Origin: Dehalococcoidia bacterium
GTDB taxonomy: Bacteria > Chloroflexota > Dehalococcoidia > UBA2979
DNA: 64,000 bases
Direction: 5' to 3'
Assembly (NCBI GenBank): GCA_965248675.1
Contig: CBDFJZ010000008.1
Location: forward strand, 1,533,256-1,597,255
A model generated the notes under the pieces. It had not been told where the DNA came from and searched no databases. It saw only the letters and a list, made by a program, of their open reading frames with translations. Of the stretch, positions 29,501 to 38,689 are shown in pieces. Within the stretch, counting starts at the first letter, position 1. Every line of letters starts with the position of its first letter. The position numbers and the translations under genes were made by a program.

Positions 29501-29886
29501 GCGGCGAACGCCCGCGCCCGCGCCTTGTCCCCGAACAGCGCGAGGGCCTCAACGGACGGCCCGACGAAGGCGATCCCGGTATCCGCGCACTGTTGGGCGA
29601 AGCCTGGATTCTCGGCCAGAAAGCCGTACCCGGGGTGGATCGCGTCGCAGCCGGTTTCGCGCGCCGCGAGCAGAATCTGCTCCGCATCGAGGTAGGCGCG
29701 CGGGCCCGAGCCCGCCAGCGGGCGTGCTTCTGGTGTGGCCTCGACATGGAGCGACGTCGCGTCGTCCTCGGAGAAGACGGCGACGGCGGGGATCTCCAGC
29801 TCAGCGGCGGCCCGTGCAATGCGGACCGCGATCTCGCCTCGATTCGCGATCAGCAGCTTACCCAGCGCCACGGAGCCCCCCGACAT
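26539..29886 (-). CDS. Single-chain biotin-dependent acyl-CoA carboxylase (BC - BCCP - CT)
   Basis: 1115 aa. The N-terminus is biotin carboxylase (LLIANRGEIAVRIARAA...ATP-grasp). The biotinyl domain is EGQVVCVMDALKMEH. The C-terminal ~500 aa is a carboxyltransferase (ISYDDTVFAGTQGIRGHAKTDR...IFIAEGAGGR...GGSIESFGSDKAARF). Confidence 0.9.
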   Translation of the reverse strand: MSGGSVALGKLLIANRGEIAVRIARAAAELEIPAVAVFSEDDATSLHVEATPEARPLAGSGPRAYLDAEQILLAARETGCDAIHPGYGFLAENPGFAQQCADTGIAFVGPSVEALALFGDKARARAFAAEHGVPVLPGSDGAVGLDEARTFFAGLGDGAAMILKAVGGGGGRGMRVVTDAAAIEEALARCQSEALNAFGNDSVYAERLIERARHVEVQIIADGARAVRHLGERECSVQRRHQKLIEIAPSPWLSAEVREAITAYAVRLAEAAGYEGLGTFEFLVDLDGGDCVFIEANARLQVEHTVTEEVTGVDLVQAQLRIAGSETLGALGLDETPAPHGYAIQARVNLERMEADGGVRPAGGTLTVFLPPSGPGTRVDTNGYAGYASSPAFDSLLAKVIAHSTSADSGSAVRRLALALGAFRIAGAETNLEFLRAVIAHDDFAAGRIDTRWIDVHAAELLTATASEPARAPEGPLDPLAGLDFYRSGDAADVVTMGARGDKPEPIGPPNTAPLRAPIQGTIREILVAEGDTVREGQVVCVMDALKMEHLVRSPLGGIVRRLAVAVGDTVYEDHPLAFVEEADVGGPAEAGEAPAAIDYIRPDLQAVLDRRPFLLDENRPEAVERRHAKNRRTVRENLADLVDEGTWIEYGDLVIAGQSRRSTLEELVRKTPADGLVSGIGAVNGTLFDEKRARTAVISYDDTVFAGTQGIRGHAKTDRMMEVAGEFALPLIFIAEGAGGRSGDTDGMPGMVFRTWELMARLSGTVPIIGVTAGRCFAGNAAILGICDVIIATEDANIGMGGPAVIEGGGMGVYLPEEIGPMSEQVPAGTVDILVKSEAEAIGVAKRYLSYFQGSVKSWECADQRLLRHAIPENRLSAYDVRSVIELMADSGSVLELRPEYGHGMVTALVRVEGRPVGVIANNNEHLGGSIESFGSDKAARFAKICDSWNIPLLTLVDTPGMMIGPEAEKTALVRRTSNLIVTLGNVKTPRFSVVLRKCYGLGSNTILFGNERAPSFTVAWPTAEFGGMNLEAAVRLSNRDQLAAIEDIGERAAEYERLVEQAYERGGALNAASTFKIDAVIDPVETRHWITQGLLAAQSEPIRRGRRPSVPTW

Positions 29887-30070
29887 CGAGTCTGACTTCC
29901 CGGAAGCATAGCCTCCTCACGGACCAGTCCGTCATCGCCCAACGACCGTCCGCGGGACCGTTGAGCGGGCGAATGCGAGCCACGTAGCGGGTTGGGTGCG
30001 CGAGCCGAGCACGCGGTTCTGGAGGCAGTCCCACCGGAGGAACACTACCGTGATATAAGGACGGCACCCG

Positions 30071-31522
30071 ATGGCGTTGCCCGGGCGACGACACGAGCGC
30101 CTGGAGACGCCGGAAAGCGGCGCAGCGATGGCGGACGACCAGATTGCATTGATGGCGCACCTGATGCGCCGCGTCGGGGTCGGCGCGACACGCGACGAGC
30201 TCGAACAGCTCGTGACGCGGCCCTACGAAGAGGTCGTCGAGGAGCTGCTCCACCCGGAGCAGCTCAGCGATCCGGACCAGGACGTGCTCGACCGCTACCT
30301 CCCCACCTCGGCCAGTCCCGAGGTGCCGACGGGCTGGGCCTCGCGCTGGATCTACAACCTGGCGAACGGTCCTCGCCCGCTGCGCGAGAAGATGGCGCTG
30401 TTCTGGCACCAGGTGTTCGCGACGGCGTACTTCAAGAGCTCGCACGCCCGCACCTCGGTGGCGCAGATCGACCTCTTCCGCGAGCAGGGGTTGGGCAACA
30501 TGCGCCAGATCCTGCTCGAACTGTCGCGCGATCCGGCGATGATCCACTGGCTGGACAACGCGGAGAATCACGCGCACGCCGTGAACGAGAACTACGGGCG
30601 CGAGCTGCTCGAGCTGTTCTCGATGGGCGTCGGCAACTACAGCGAGGACGACATCAAGGCGGCGGCGCGCGCGTTCACCGGCTGGACGTTCACGCAGCCG
30701 ATTCCGATCTATCCCTACAGCACCACCGACGCCGCCTTCAGGTACGACGAGGCCGATCACGACACCGAGGAGAAGACGTTCCTCGGCGAGACCGTGGTCG
30801 ATGGGGAGGACGTGATCGACGTGATCGTCCGCCAGCAGGCGTGCGCGCGGTTCATCGCGCGGCACCTCTACAGCTTCTTCGTCGCCGACGAGCCAGGGGT
30901 GCCCTCCTGGCACGAGACGCCGCCGCGGGACCCGGCGGCGATCGACGCGCTCGCTGCGACGTTCACGGCCTCGAATGGCGACATCCGCGAGGTGATGCGG
31001 ACGTTGCTGAACTCCGAGTTCTTCAAGGCGGCGCGGTTCCTGCGCGTCAAGAGCCCCGTGGAGTTCGTCGGTGGCGCGATCAAGCTGGCCGGCGCGCCGC
31101 GCTTCCCCGACCGCTCGGTCGCGAAGCTCTCGAACGTGGTGATCCTGATGGGCCAGGCGCTGATGAACCCAACCTCCGTCGAGGGCTGGCACACCGGCCA
31201 GGAGTGGCTCGATTCCGGCACGCTCACCGAGCGCGTCAACTTCGCGGTCCAGCAGGTGACGGACACCTCGAAGCCAGGCATCGCCTCGATCATCGCTCGC
31301 GTCGCTGCCGCCGGCGACGCGACGCCCGAGCAGCTGGTCGATCGCTGCCTCGACCTTGTCGGGCCGCTCGAGGTAAGCGCGCAGACGCACGCGACGCTGG
31401 TCGAGCGCGCCGAGGAGGGCGGTCCGCTCTCGTTCAGCAACGGCGCGAGCGAGGAGGCCGAGGGCCGGATCGGCCGCGTGGTGCAGCTGATCGTGTCCGC
31501 ACCCGAGTACCAGTTCGCTTAG
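30071..31522 (+). CDS. DUF1800 family protein
   Basis: ALFWHQVFATA...MIHWLDNAENHAHAVNENYGRELLELFSMGVGNYSEDDIKAAARAFTGW. Start may be Met 30128. Confidence 0.8.
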   Translation: MALPGRRHERLETPESGAAMADDQIALMAHLMRRVGVGATRDELEQLVTRPYEEVVEELLHPEQLSDPDQDVLDRYLPTSASPEVPTGWASRWIYNLANGPRPLREKMALFWHQVFATAYFKSSHARTSVAQIDLFREQGLGNMRQILLELSRDPAMIHWLDNAENHAHAVNENYGRELLELFSMGVGNYSEDDIKAAARAFTGWTFTQPIPIYPYSTTDAAFRYDEADHDTEEKTFLGETVVDGEDVIDVIVRQQACARFIARHLYSFFVADEPGVPSWHETPPRDPAAIDALAATFTASNGDIREVMRTLLNSEFFKAARFLRVKSPVEFVGGAIKLAGAPRFPDRSVAKLSNVVILMGQALMNPTSVEGWHTGQEWLDSGTLTERVNFAVQQVTDTSKPGIASIIARVAAAGDATPEQLVDRCLDLVGPLEVSAQTHATLVERAEEGGPLSFSNGASEEAEGRIGRVVQLIVSAPEYQFA

Positions 31523-31533
31523 GAGGGCCGGCC

Positions 31534-32697
31534 ATGACCACGAAGCTGTACCGAGACCCCGTGCTCGTGGTGGTCCAGCTCAGTGGCGGGCTGGACTTCA
31601 TGAACACGCTGATCCCCTACCAGAGCGGCGTGATCCGCGACGCCCGCCCCAACATCAGCCTGCCCGTCGAGGACACACTGCCGATCGACGACCAGGTCGC
31701 GTGGCACCCGGCGGCGAGGGCCTTCAAAGAGCTCTACGACGCCGGCAACGTCGCAGTCGTGCAAGGCGTCGGCTGGGAGCTTTCGGACCGCTCCCACTTC
31801 CGCGCCATGGACATCTGGCACACCTGCGAGCCCGACACGATCGCGACCGAGGGCTGGCTGGCGAAGGTCACGCGCGAGTTCGACCCGCACTCCGAGAATC
31901 CGCTGACCGCCGTCAGCATCGGCCGCGGTCTGCCCCGGGCGCTGGCCGCCTCGGGCGTCACCGTCACCTCGGTCGGTGACCTCGACCAGTTCGGGCTGAT
32001 GACCGAGGTCGAGGCCGAGCACGAGCGCGCCAAGGACCTCGACAGCTTCCGGCGCATGTACACGCCGGGGGTGGGCAACGGCCTCGTCAGCGACTACCTG
32101 GCGCAAACCGGGTCGAGCGTGCTGACGAGCGCCGACATGCTGGCCGACGTGCCGTCGCGGTACAGCTCCGAGGTCGAGTACGCGAGCAACCCGATCGCGC
32201 AGGCGCTGCGCGACGTCGCGCGCGTGCACACGGCCCGGCTCGGTACGCGGGTCTTCTACACGCAGCACACCGGCTACGACCACCACTCGAACGAGTCGGT
32301 CGAGCTCCCGCGGCTGCTCACCGAGCTGACCGAGGCGATCAGCGACTTCCTGCAGGACCTGCGCAACCACGACGCGTCCGAGGAGGTCACGGTCCTCGTC
32401 TTCTCCGAGTTCGGGCGACGGATCAAGGACAACGGGTCGGGGACCGACCACGGCTCTGGGGGCGGCGCCTACATCATTGGCGACGGCGTGGCGGGCGGGC
32501 TCTACGCCGAGTACCCGTCGCTCGACCGGAAGGACTGGCTCTACGGCGAGGACCTGCGGCACACGATCGACTTCCGAGGTGTGTACGGCACGCTGCTCGA
32601 CCAGTGGCTGGGGCTCGACTCGACCGCGATCGTCGGCGGCACGTTTGAGCAGATCAACGCCTTCCAGGCGCGGGCCGGGAATGGAGCGGCGCGATGA
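31534..32697 (+). CDS. DUF1501 family protein (sulfatase/alkaline-phosphatase-like fold)
   Basis: AGGAGGG RBS then ATG 31534: MTTKLYRDPVLVVVQLSGGLDFMNTL...DRSHFRAMDIWHT...FSEFGRRIKDNGSGTDHGSGG. It forms the 3' part of the artefactual 901-aa track ORF 29992..32697. Confidence 0.85.
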   Translation: MTTKLYRDPVLVVVQLSGGLDFMNTLIPYQSGVIRDARPNISLPVEDTLPIDDQVAWHPAARAFKELYDAGNVAVVQGVGWELSDRSHFRAMDIWHTCEPDTIATEGWLAKVTREFDPHSENPLTAVSIGRGLPRALAASGVTVTSVGDLDQFGLMTEVEAEHERAKDLDSFRRMYTPGVGNGLVSDYLAQTGSSVLTSADMLADVPSRYSSEVEYASNPIAQALRDVARVHTARLGTRVFYTQHTGYDHHSNESVELPRLLTELTEAISDFLQDLRNHDASEEVTVLVFSEFGRRIKDNGSGTDHGSGGGAYIIGDGVAGGLYAEYPSLDRKDWLYGEDLRHTIDFRGVYGTLLDQWLGLDSTAIVGGTFEQINAFQARAGNGAAR

Positions 32698-33737
32698 CGG
32701 TGGAGCCGAGCGCCGCCCCTGCCAGCGAGGCGGCCACGAACGGCGACTTCGAGGCGCTGCTGCGCGCCGGCTTCCCCTACGAGCGGACGATCGGGATGCG
32801 CCGCGTCTGCTGGTACCCGATCGACATCGCGCTCGGCCAGGAGGGCCGGCTGTACTCGCTCCGCCGCGGACCGTTCGAGGAGGGCGGCGTCGTCAACGTG
32901 CTCAGCCTGGACGACGAGAACCTCGGCACCATCGAGGGTGGCTGGACCTGGCCGGTCGGGATCGTCTGCGACCCGGACGAGCGACTGATCGTCTCCGACG
33001 AGGCGGACCACACGATCACGATCATCAACCGCGAGGGCGAACAGCTCTCGCAGTGGGGCGAGCAGGGCAGCGAGCCGGGTCAGCTCGACCGACCGGCGCA
33101 GATGGCGCTGGACGCCGAGGGCCAGCTGCTCGTCGTCGATGCGATGAACCACCGCGTGCAGCGCTTCACCGTCGAAGGCGACTACATCGACGGCTTCGGC
33201 ACGCACGGCAGCGGCCCCGGCGAGCTCGACATGCCGTGGGGCATCGCGCTCGACGGCGAGGAGTGCATCTACATCGGCGATTGGCGCAACGACCGGGTGC
33301 AGAAGTTCAGCCCCGGCGGCGAGCCGCTGCTCTCCGTCGGCAGCAGCGGCGACGGAGAGGGCGAGCTGAACCGGCCGGCCGGCGTCGCGGTGGACGGGCA
33401 CGGCGACATCTACGTCGCCGACCGCGGCAACAACCGCGTGCTGCTGTTCGATCGCGACGGCCGCTACGTCGAGCGCTTCATCGGCGACGCCACGCTCTCG
33501 AAGCTCGGCCGCGTCTACCTGATGGCGAACGCGAAGCCGCTGCGGCTACGCGAGATGACGCCGCTCGAGAGTCAGAAGCGCTTCCGGGCGCCCGCCTCGG
33601 TGCTCGTCGACGGCGATCGGCTGTTCGTGGCGGACTTCGGCTTCCACCGCGTGCAGATCTACCGCAAGGAGGCCTACCCGCTGAGCGCGGACCAGGTGAT
33701 GCCCGATCCGGGGTCGCCCACGCTCTCGACCGTCTAG
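32694..33737 (+). CDS. NHL-repeat beta-propeller protein
   Basis: Repeated G.L.RP.G.A.D..G...V.D..N.RV..F units (e.g. LDRPAQMALDAEGQLLVVDAMNHRVQRF; LNRPAGVAVDGHGDIYVADRGNNRVLLF). ATGA start/stop overlap with the DUF1501 gene. Confidence 0.8.
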   Translation: MTVEPSAAPASEAATNGDFEALLRAGFPYERTIGMRRVCWYPIDIALGQEGRLYSLRRGPFEEGGVVNVLSLDDENLGTIEGGWTWPVGIVCDPDERLIVSDEADHTITIINREGEQLSQWGEQGSEPGQLDRPAQMALDAEGQLLVVDAMNHRVQRFTVEGDYIDGFGTHGSGPGELDMPWGIALDGEECIYIGDWRNDRVQKFSPGGEPLLSVGSSGDGEGELNRPAGVAVDGHGDIYVADRGNNRVLLFDRDGRYVERFIGDATLSKLGRVYLMANAKPLRLREMTPLESQKRFRAPASVLVDGDRLFVADFGFHRVQIYRKEAYPLSADQVMPDPGSPTLSTV

Positions 33738-33916
33738 GCTCCTCTGCCGTTTCGCTGGCGAATCACACTCTCCCTGGGCTGCTGGCGTGATTGCTGATGA
33801 AGACTCGCGGCGCCGGAATTGCCGCCGGATCATCACACCCGCTATCGTTCGAGCCCTCGCCTCGCGCATAACGCACCGGCCGGCGAGCGACCACCACGCT
33901 GCGAGGTGAGCCCAGC

Positions 33917-36322
33917 ATGGATCTGTTCAGCGGCGTGCGGGTGCTCGAGGTCTCCGAGACGCCGGCGGCTGCGTTCGTCGGCAAGCTGTTTTCGCGCTGG
34001 GGCGCCGAGGTCACAGCGCTGCGCGACCCGTCAACCAACCTCGCCGACTCCGGTTCGTGCGTCTCCGAGGAAGCGCTCTCGGCGTTCCTCGACGGTGGCA
34101 AGCGCCGATCCGAACTCCCCGAGGACAGCGGCGACCGCACCACGACTGTCGCGCGACTGGCGGCGGCCAGCGACATGGTCGTCACCGACGCAGCCCCCGA
34201 CGTCTTCGAGGCGTGGAGGCCGGCGATCGAGGCGACCGATTCGCCTCCGCGGGTGCTGACGAGCATCACTCCGTTCGGGCTGAGCGGCCCTTACCGCGAC
34301 TGGCAGGCGACTCCCACGACGCTCCTCGCGCTCGGCGGCTACTCCTACCTCATGGGCGAGGCCGACGGTCCTCCGCTCACACTGCCCGGGCTGTATCCCG
34401 ACTACCAGGCGGCCCTGATCGCCTACAGCGCGACGACCGCGTCATTCCTCGAGGCGTCGGACGAGATGGAGGTCCTCGAGCTCAGCATCTTCGAGGCGCT
34501 CGTGTCGCTGCATCAGTACTCGACTGTGCAGTGGACCTACAGCCGGCAGGTGCGGCAGAGGAACGGCAACCGCTGGTCGGGGATCCACCCCAATTGTCTG
34601 TTGCCCGTGAAGGACGGCTGGCTCGAGCTCTGCATCGTCGGGAACTTCTGGGAGGCGTTCACGCTGATGATCGGTCGCCCCGAACTCCAGCAGGACGACC
34701 GCTTCTCGACGCCGATCGCGCGTGTCGAGCACGCCGACGAGCTGGACGAGATCGTCGTCCCGATCCTCGCTGAGCGCACGAAGCGTGAGTGGCTGGTCGC
34801 AGGCCAGGAGACCTTCCGCGTCCCGGTCGGGCACGCCGCCACCCTCGAGGAGGTGCTGGACGATCCTCAGCTCGGCGTGCGCGAGTACTGGTCCGGAGTC
34901 CACCAGCCGGACGGGCGCGCGGTGCGGATCGGCCGCTCCCCGTTCCGTATCGACGGCGCACTTCCCGAGGAGCAACCCGTCGTGTCCGAGGGCGCCTGGG
35001 CGCTCGAGGCGCCCTCGGACGCCCCGCGCGTCTCGCCGCCACCGCGCGGATCGAGGCAACCGCCACTCGCGACGCCTCCGCCGGGCGGCCCCCTGAACGG
35101 CATCCGCGTCCTCGATCTGACCCGCGTCTGGGCCGGCCCGCTCGCCGGCCGCATCCTCGCCGACCTCGGCGCCGAGGTGATCAAGGTCGAGGCACCGATG
35201 GGGCGCGGTCCTGCACGCATCCCGCCCGGCTCCGGTCGCCGCATGCTCGCGTCGGGCACGAACGAACGTCCGTGGAATCAGCAAAGCTCGTTCAACAAGC
35301 TGAACCGCAACCGCTACGGCCTCGCGATCGATCTGAAGAGCGAGCAGGGCCGCGATCTCTTCTTGCGGCTCGCAGCGGAGACCGACGTCGTCCTCGAAAA
35401 CTTCAGCGCGCGGGCGATGGACCGCCTCAATCTCGGCTACGACCGCCTGCGCCAGGTCAGCCCATCCCTGATCTACGCCGCGATGCCCGGCTACGGCCGC
35501 AGCGGGCCCTACCGTGACTACGTCGCCTACGGCCCGAGCATCGAGCCGATGACCGGCCTCACGATGCTGATGGGCTACGGCGACGAGGTGCCCCGCGTGA
35601 CCTCGAAGGCGATTCCGGACGCGATCGCCGGCACCCAGGGCGCCGCCGCGGTGTTGACCGCCCTCCAGCACCGATCGCGCACGGGCGAAGGCTGTTTCGT
35701 CGACCTCTCGCAGCACGAGGCGGCGGTCGAGCTGCTGGGCGAGTACTTCGCCGAGTTCGAGCTCAGCGGCGCCGTGCCTCCCGTGGTCGGGAACGGACAC
35801 GTGCGCTGGGCGCCGCACGGCGTCTATCCGTGCAGCACCGAGGACGAGTGGATCGCCGTCACTGTCCGGGACGACCCGGAATGGCGGGCGCTCATCGATC
35901 TGGCGGATCGCGGCTGGGACGAGGACTCGCGGTTCGCCACGCTCGATGCTCGGCGCGAGCACCTCGAGGAGCTCGATCGCGAGATCGCCGGCTGGACGGC
36001 ACGGCTCGATCGCGCGGAGCTGATGCGCCAGCTCCAATCGCGGGCGATCCCGGCCGGCGCGGTCCTCTCCGCGCCGCAGATGCTCGAGGACGGCCATCTC
36101 CAAGAGCGCGACTTCTTCGTCACGCTGGAGCAGCCGGACGTAGGCGCGATCGACTACCCGGGCACGCCGCTGCGCTCGCGCCGCCATCCTCGGGCGGGCT
36201 GGCGTCCAGCGCCGACGCTGGGTCAGGACAACGCCGCCGTCCTCGACTTGATTGGCGTTGCCGCCACGGAGCTGAACGAACTGATGGAGCGCGGCGTGAT
36301 CGCCGACCGCCCACCGGCGTGA
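33917..36322 (+). CDS. Tandem-fused double family III CoA-transferase (801 aa)
   Basis: A degenerate first module (MDLFSGVRVLEVSETPAAAFVGKLFSRWGAEVTAL...) plus a canonical second module (LNGIRVLDLTRVWAGPLAGRILADLGAEVIKVEAPMGRGPAR...IPDAIAG). Confidence 0.8.
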   Translation: MDLFSGVRVLEVSETPAAAFVGKLFSRWGAEVTALRDPSTNLADSGSCVSEEALSAFLDGGKRRSELPEDSGDRTTTVARLAAASDMVVTDAAPDVFEAWRPAIEATDSPPRVLTSITPFGLSGPYRDWQATPTTLLALGGYSYLMGEADGPPLTLPGLYPDYQAALIAYSATTASFLEASDEMEVLELSIFEALVSLHQYSTVQWTYSRQVRQRNGNRWSGIHPNCLLPVKDGWLELCIVGNFWEAFTLMIGRPELQQDDRFSTPIARVEHADELDEIVVPILAERTKREWLVAGQETFRVPVGHAATLEEVLDDPQLGVREYWSGVHQPDGRAVRIGRSPFRIDGALPEEQPVVSEGAWALEAPSDAPRVSPPPRGSRQPPLATPPPGGPLNGIRVLDLTRVWAGPLAGRILADLGAEVIKVEAPMGRGPARIPPGSGRRMLASGTNERPWNQQSSFNKLNRNRYGLAIDLKSEQGRDLFLRLAAETDVVLENFSARAMDRLNLGYDRLRQVSPSLIYAAMPGYGRSGPYRDYVAYGPSIEPMTGLTMLMGYGDEVPRVTSKAIPDAIAGTQGAAAVLTALQHRSRTGEGCFVDLSQHEAAVELLGEYFAEFELSGAVPPVVGNGHVRWAPHGVYPCSTEDEWIAVTVRDDPEWRALIDLADRGWDEDSRFATLDARREHLEELDREIAGWTARLDRAELMRQLQSRAIPAGAVLSAPQMLEDGHLQERDFFVTLEQPDVGAIDYPGTPLRSRRHPRAGWRPAPTLGQDNAAVLDLIGVAATELNELMERGVIADRPPA

Positions 36323-36357
36323 AGGCGAGCGCAGCAGCGCTAGACAGGAGATCCGCC

Positions 36358-37614
36358 ATGCCGGAGCCACTCGAGGGCATCAAAGTCGTGGAGCTGGCGC
36401 GCGCGCTGCAGGGCCCCGTCGCCGGACAGTACCTCGCCGATATGGGCGCCGACGTCATCAAGGTCGAACCCGCGCTCGGCGACGCGAACCGCCGTGTGCG
36501 CAGCCCCTTCATCGATCCGACCGAAGGCGGATTCGGTACCCAGTTCGTCAGCGCCAATCGAGGCAAGCGCTCGCTCTGGCTCGACCTCCGCCGCGAGCAG
36601 TCGATCGATATCGTCCGCCAGCTCGTCGACGGTACCGACGTCTTCCTGAGCAACTATCTGGAGCCGTCCCTGCTCGCGATGAAGCTCGGCTACGACGACC
36701 TGCGCGAGCGCAACCCGGACCTCGTCTACGCGTTGGTCAACGGCTACGGCCCGGTCGGCCCGGACGCGGCGAAGCGCATGCTCGATGGCTCCGCCGCCGC
36801 TCGCGGAGGCCTCTACAACGTCACCGGCCCAAGCGACGGCGGCCCGATGATTCCTGGTTCCACGATCGCCGATACCGCCGGCGCGATGCAGCTCGCGCTC
36901 GGGATCACGACCGCCCTCACGGCGCGGGCGCTACACGGCGGCAGTCAACGCGTCGATACCTCCGGCCTCGGCGCGCAGCTCTGGCTGCAGAAGTGGGAGC
37001 TCGACACCGTCTCACTGACCGGCGATCGCCTCTCCCGCCAGGGCCCGCATAGCGCCAACATCCCGGGCACCTACGGCCTCTACGAGACCTCGGACGGTGC
37101 GATCATGATCGCTTACATCGCCAACGAGGCGGACTGGATCGAGTTCTGCCGATTCGCCGGCCTCGAGGAGCTGATCGCAGATGAGCGGTTCGACACCGGT
37201 CTGAAGCGGGCAGGCTGGGCGCCCGATGGCGGAAAGAGCGAGACTTCGTACGAGATCCGCCCCTACCTCGAGCGCGCCTTCAAGGCGAAGAGCACCGCAG
37301 AGTGGACCGAGTTCCTCGGTGGGCTGACGAAGGTCGTCTGGGACGTCGTCCAGGACTACGAGCAGGTGCTTGGCGATCCCCAGGCGATCGCCAACGGCTA
37401 CTTCGTCGAGCAGGACATCCCCACCGTCGGCCAACGCCGCCTCGTCGGAAACACCGTGCACATCAATGGCGACACCGGACGGGCGAAGCCGCGGCCACCC
37501 GCCCTCGGTGAGCACAACGAGGAGATCCTCGCCTCGCTCGGCTACGACGCCGCCGCGATCGAGGAGATCACCGCCGCCGCCCGCGCAGCTATGAAGCAGC
37601 GGCTCGGCGCTTGA
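36358..37614 (+). CDS. Family III CoA-transferase
   Basis: AGGAG RBS then ATG 36358: MPEPLEGIKVVELARALQGPVAGQYLADMGADVIKVEPALGDANRR...IADTAGA. The track ORF 35830..37614 has a spurious 5' extension. Confidence 0.85.
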   Translation: MPEPLEGIKVVELARALQGPVAGQYLADMGADVIKVEPALGDANRRVRSPFIDPTEGGFGTQFVSANRGKRSLWLDLRREQSIDIVRQLVDGTDVFLSNYLEPSLLAMKLGYDDLRERNPDLVYALVNGYGPVGPDAAKRMLDGSAAARGGLYNVTGPSDGGPMIPGSTIADTAGAMQLALGITTALTARALHGGSQRVDTSGLGAQLWLQKWELDTVSLTGDRLSRQGPHSANIPGTYGLYETSDGAIMIAYIANEADWIEFCRFAGLEELIADERFDTGLKRAGWAPDGGKSETSYEIRPYLERAFKAKSTAEWTEFLGGLTKVVWDVVQDYEQVLGDPQAIANGYFVEQDIPTVGQRRLVGNTVHINGDTGRAKPRPPALGEHNEEILASLGYDAAAIEEITAAARAAMKQRLGA

Positions 37615-37674
37615 GCGGCGGCCGCTCTCGAGGCGCTAGAGCTTGCGCGGCATCCTGCCACGTCGCGTAGCGCC

Positions 37675-38661
37675 GTGAGCAATCGTGGCCGTTCCGTGAC
37701 AGACGTCGATTTTGCCCGCCGTGTGGTTCGGAACTGGCTCTCACCGTCCGATCTCCTGCGGGTCGAACCGCTCACTGGTGGGTTTGTGAATCAGGTGTTC
37801 CGCGTGGACAGCTCCGCGGGGAGCTTCGTCCTTCGGGCGCTTCGAGTGGACGCCGAGCCGCGGGCCGTCGAATGGGAGCACCGACTGGTCGCCTCCTTGT
37901 CGGCACACCTCCCGTTCGTGAAGAATCCTCTCCCGGTGGCGCACGGCTCGCACACGATCGTGCGAGACAGCGGGCGGATCGTCTCGCTCTGGCCATACGT
38001 CGAGGGAGCGGCGGCTGATCCATCAGCATCGGACCAGCGGCACGCGGCTGCCAGGGCGCTCGGAAAGCTCGCGAGGGCGAGCGAAGGCGTGATCGCACCC
38101 GAGCCGAGACCAGGTTGGCCGGCCTGGAGCGACCTCGATTGGCTGGACAACCGCTGGTGGCGCTGGCCACCGGAGCCGGGTTTGTCGATCACCGCCGAGC
38201 AGGCCGAGCAGGTAGCCACCGCCCTCGACCGGACGCCCGTCGTCCTTGACACCCTCGCCGCCGCGAACCTGCGTCGGCGTCCCCTGCATGGTGACTACGC
38301 GCCGTCGAACCTCCTGGTTGGGGCCGCGGGAGATGTGGTCGCGCTGCTCGATCTTGATGAGTGCCGCCTCGATTGGGGGGCATGTGACCTCGCGGACGCC
38401 GTCTGGGCGTTCTGCCGTCGGCGTGACGGCTCAGGGCTTGATGGCGAGGCCGCCGCCGCGTTCGTTGACGAATACCGCGCCGCTGGCGGACCGCTGGACG
38501 CGGACGAGCGAGCAGCGCTGCCAGACTTGATTCGTGCTCGCCGGCTCTGGGAGGCACTGTTCGATCTTGGCGACTTCCAGCGCGGCTACTCCTCCGATCT
38601 CGCTTACTTCGCGGCGGGCCTGCGCGCGCTTCGATCAGTCGAGGAGCTCCGGAGCATTTGA
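37675..38661 (+). CDS. Phosphotransferase enzyme family (APH-like kinase), second copy
   Basis: GGFVNQVFRV...PLHGDYAPSNLLVGAAGDVVALLDLDE (HxDxxxxN and DxD motifs). Confidence 0.7.
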   Translation: MSNRGRSVTDVDFARRVVRNWLSPSDLLRVEPLTGGFVNQVFRVDSSAGSFVLRALRVDAEPRAVEWEHRLVASLSAHLPFVKNPLPVAHGSHTIVRDSGRIVSLWPYVEGAAADPSASDQRHAAARALGKLARASEGVIAPEPRPGWPAWSDLDWLDNRWWRWPPEPGLSITAEQAEQVATALDRTPVVLDTLAAANLRRRPLHGDYAPSNLLVGAAGDVVALLDLDECRLDWGACDLADAVWAFCRRRDGSGLDGEAAAAFVDEYRAAGGPLDADERAALPDLIRARRLWEALFDLGDFQRGYSSDLAYFAAGLRALRSVEELRSI

Positions 38662-38689
38662 TCGGGATGATGACCGGCGGTCAGAGGGG

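Noticed and set aside
29992-32697. A 901-aa ORF that looks like one giant gene.
   Set aside because: Its first ~510 codons are an out-of-frame read across the DUF1800 gene (Arg-rich nonsense). Only the last 387 codons, from ATG 31534 with an AGGAGGG RBS, form a real DUF1501 protein. The same logic applies to 35830..37614 and 59503..60789.
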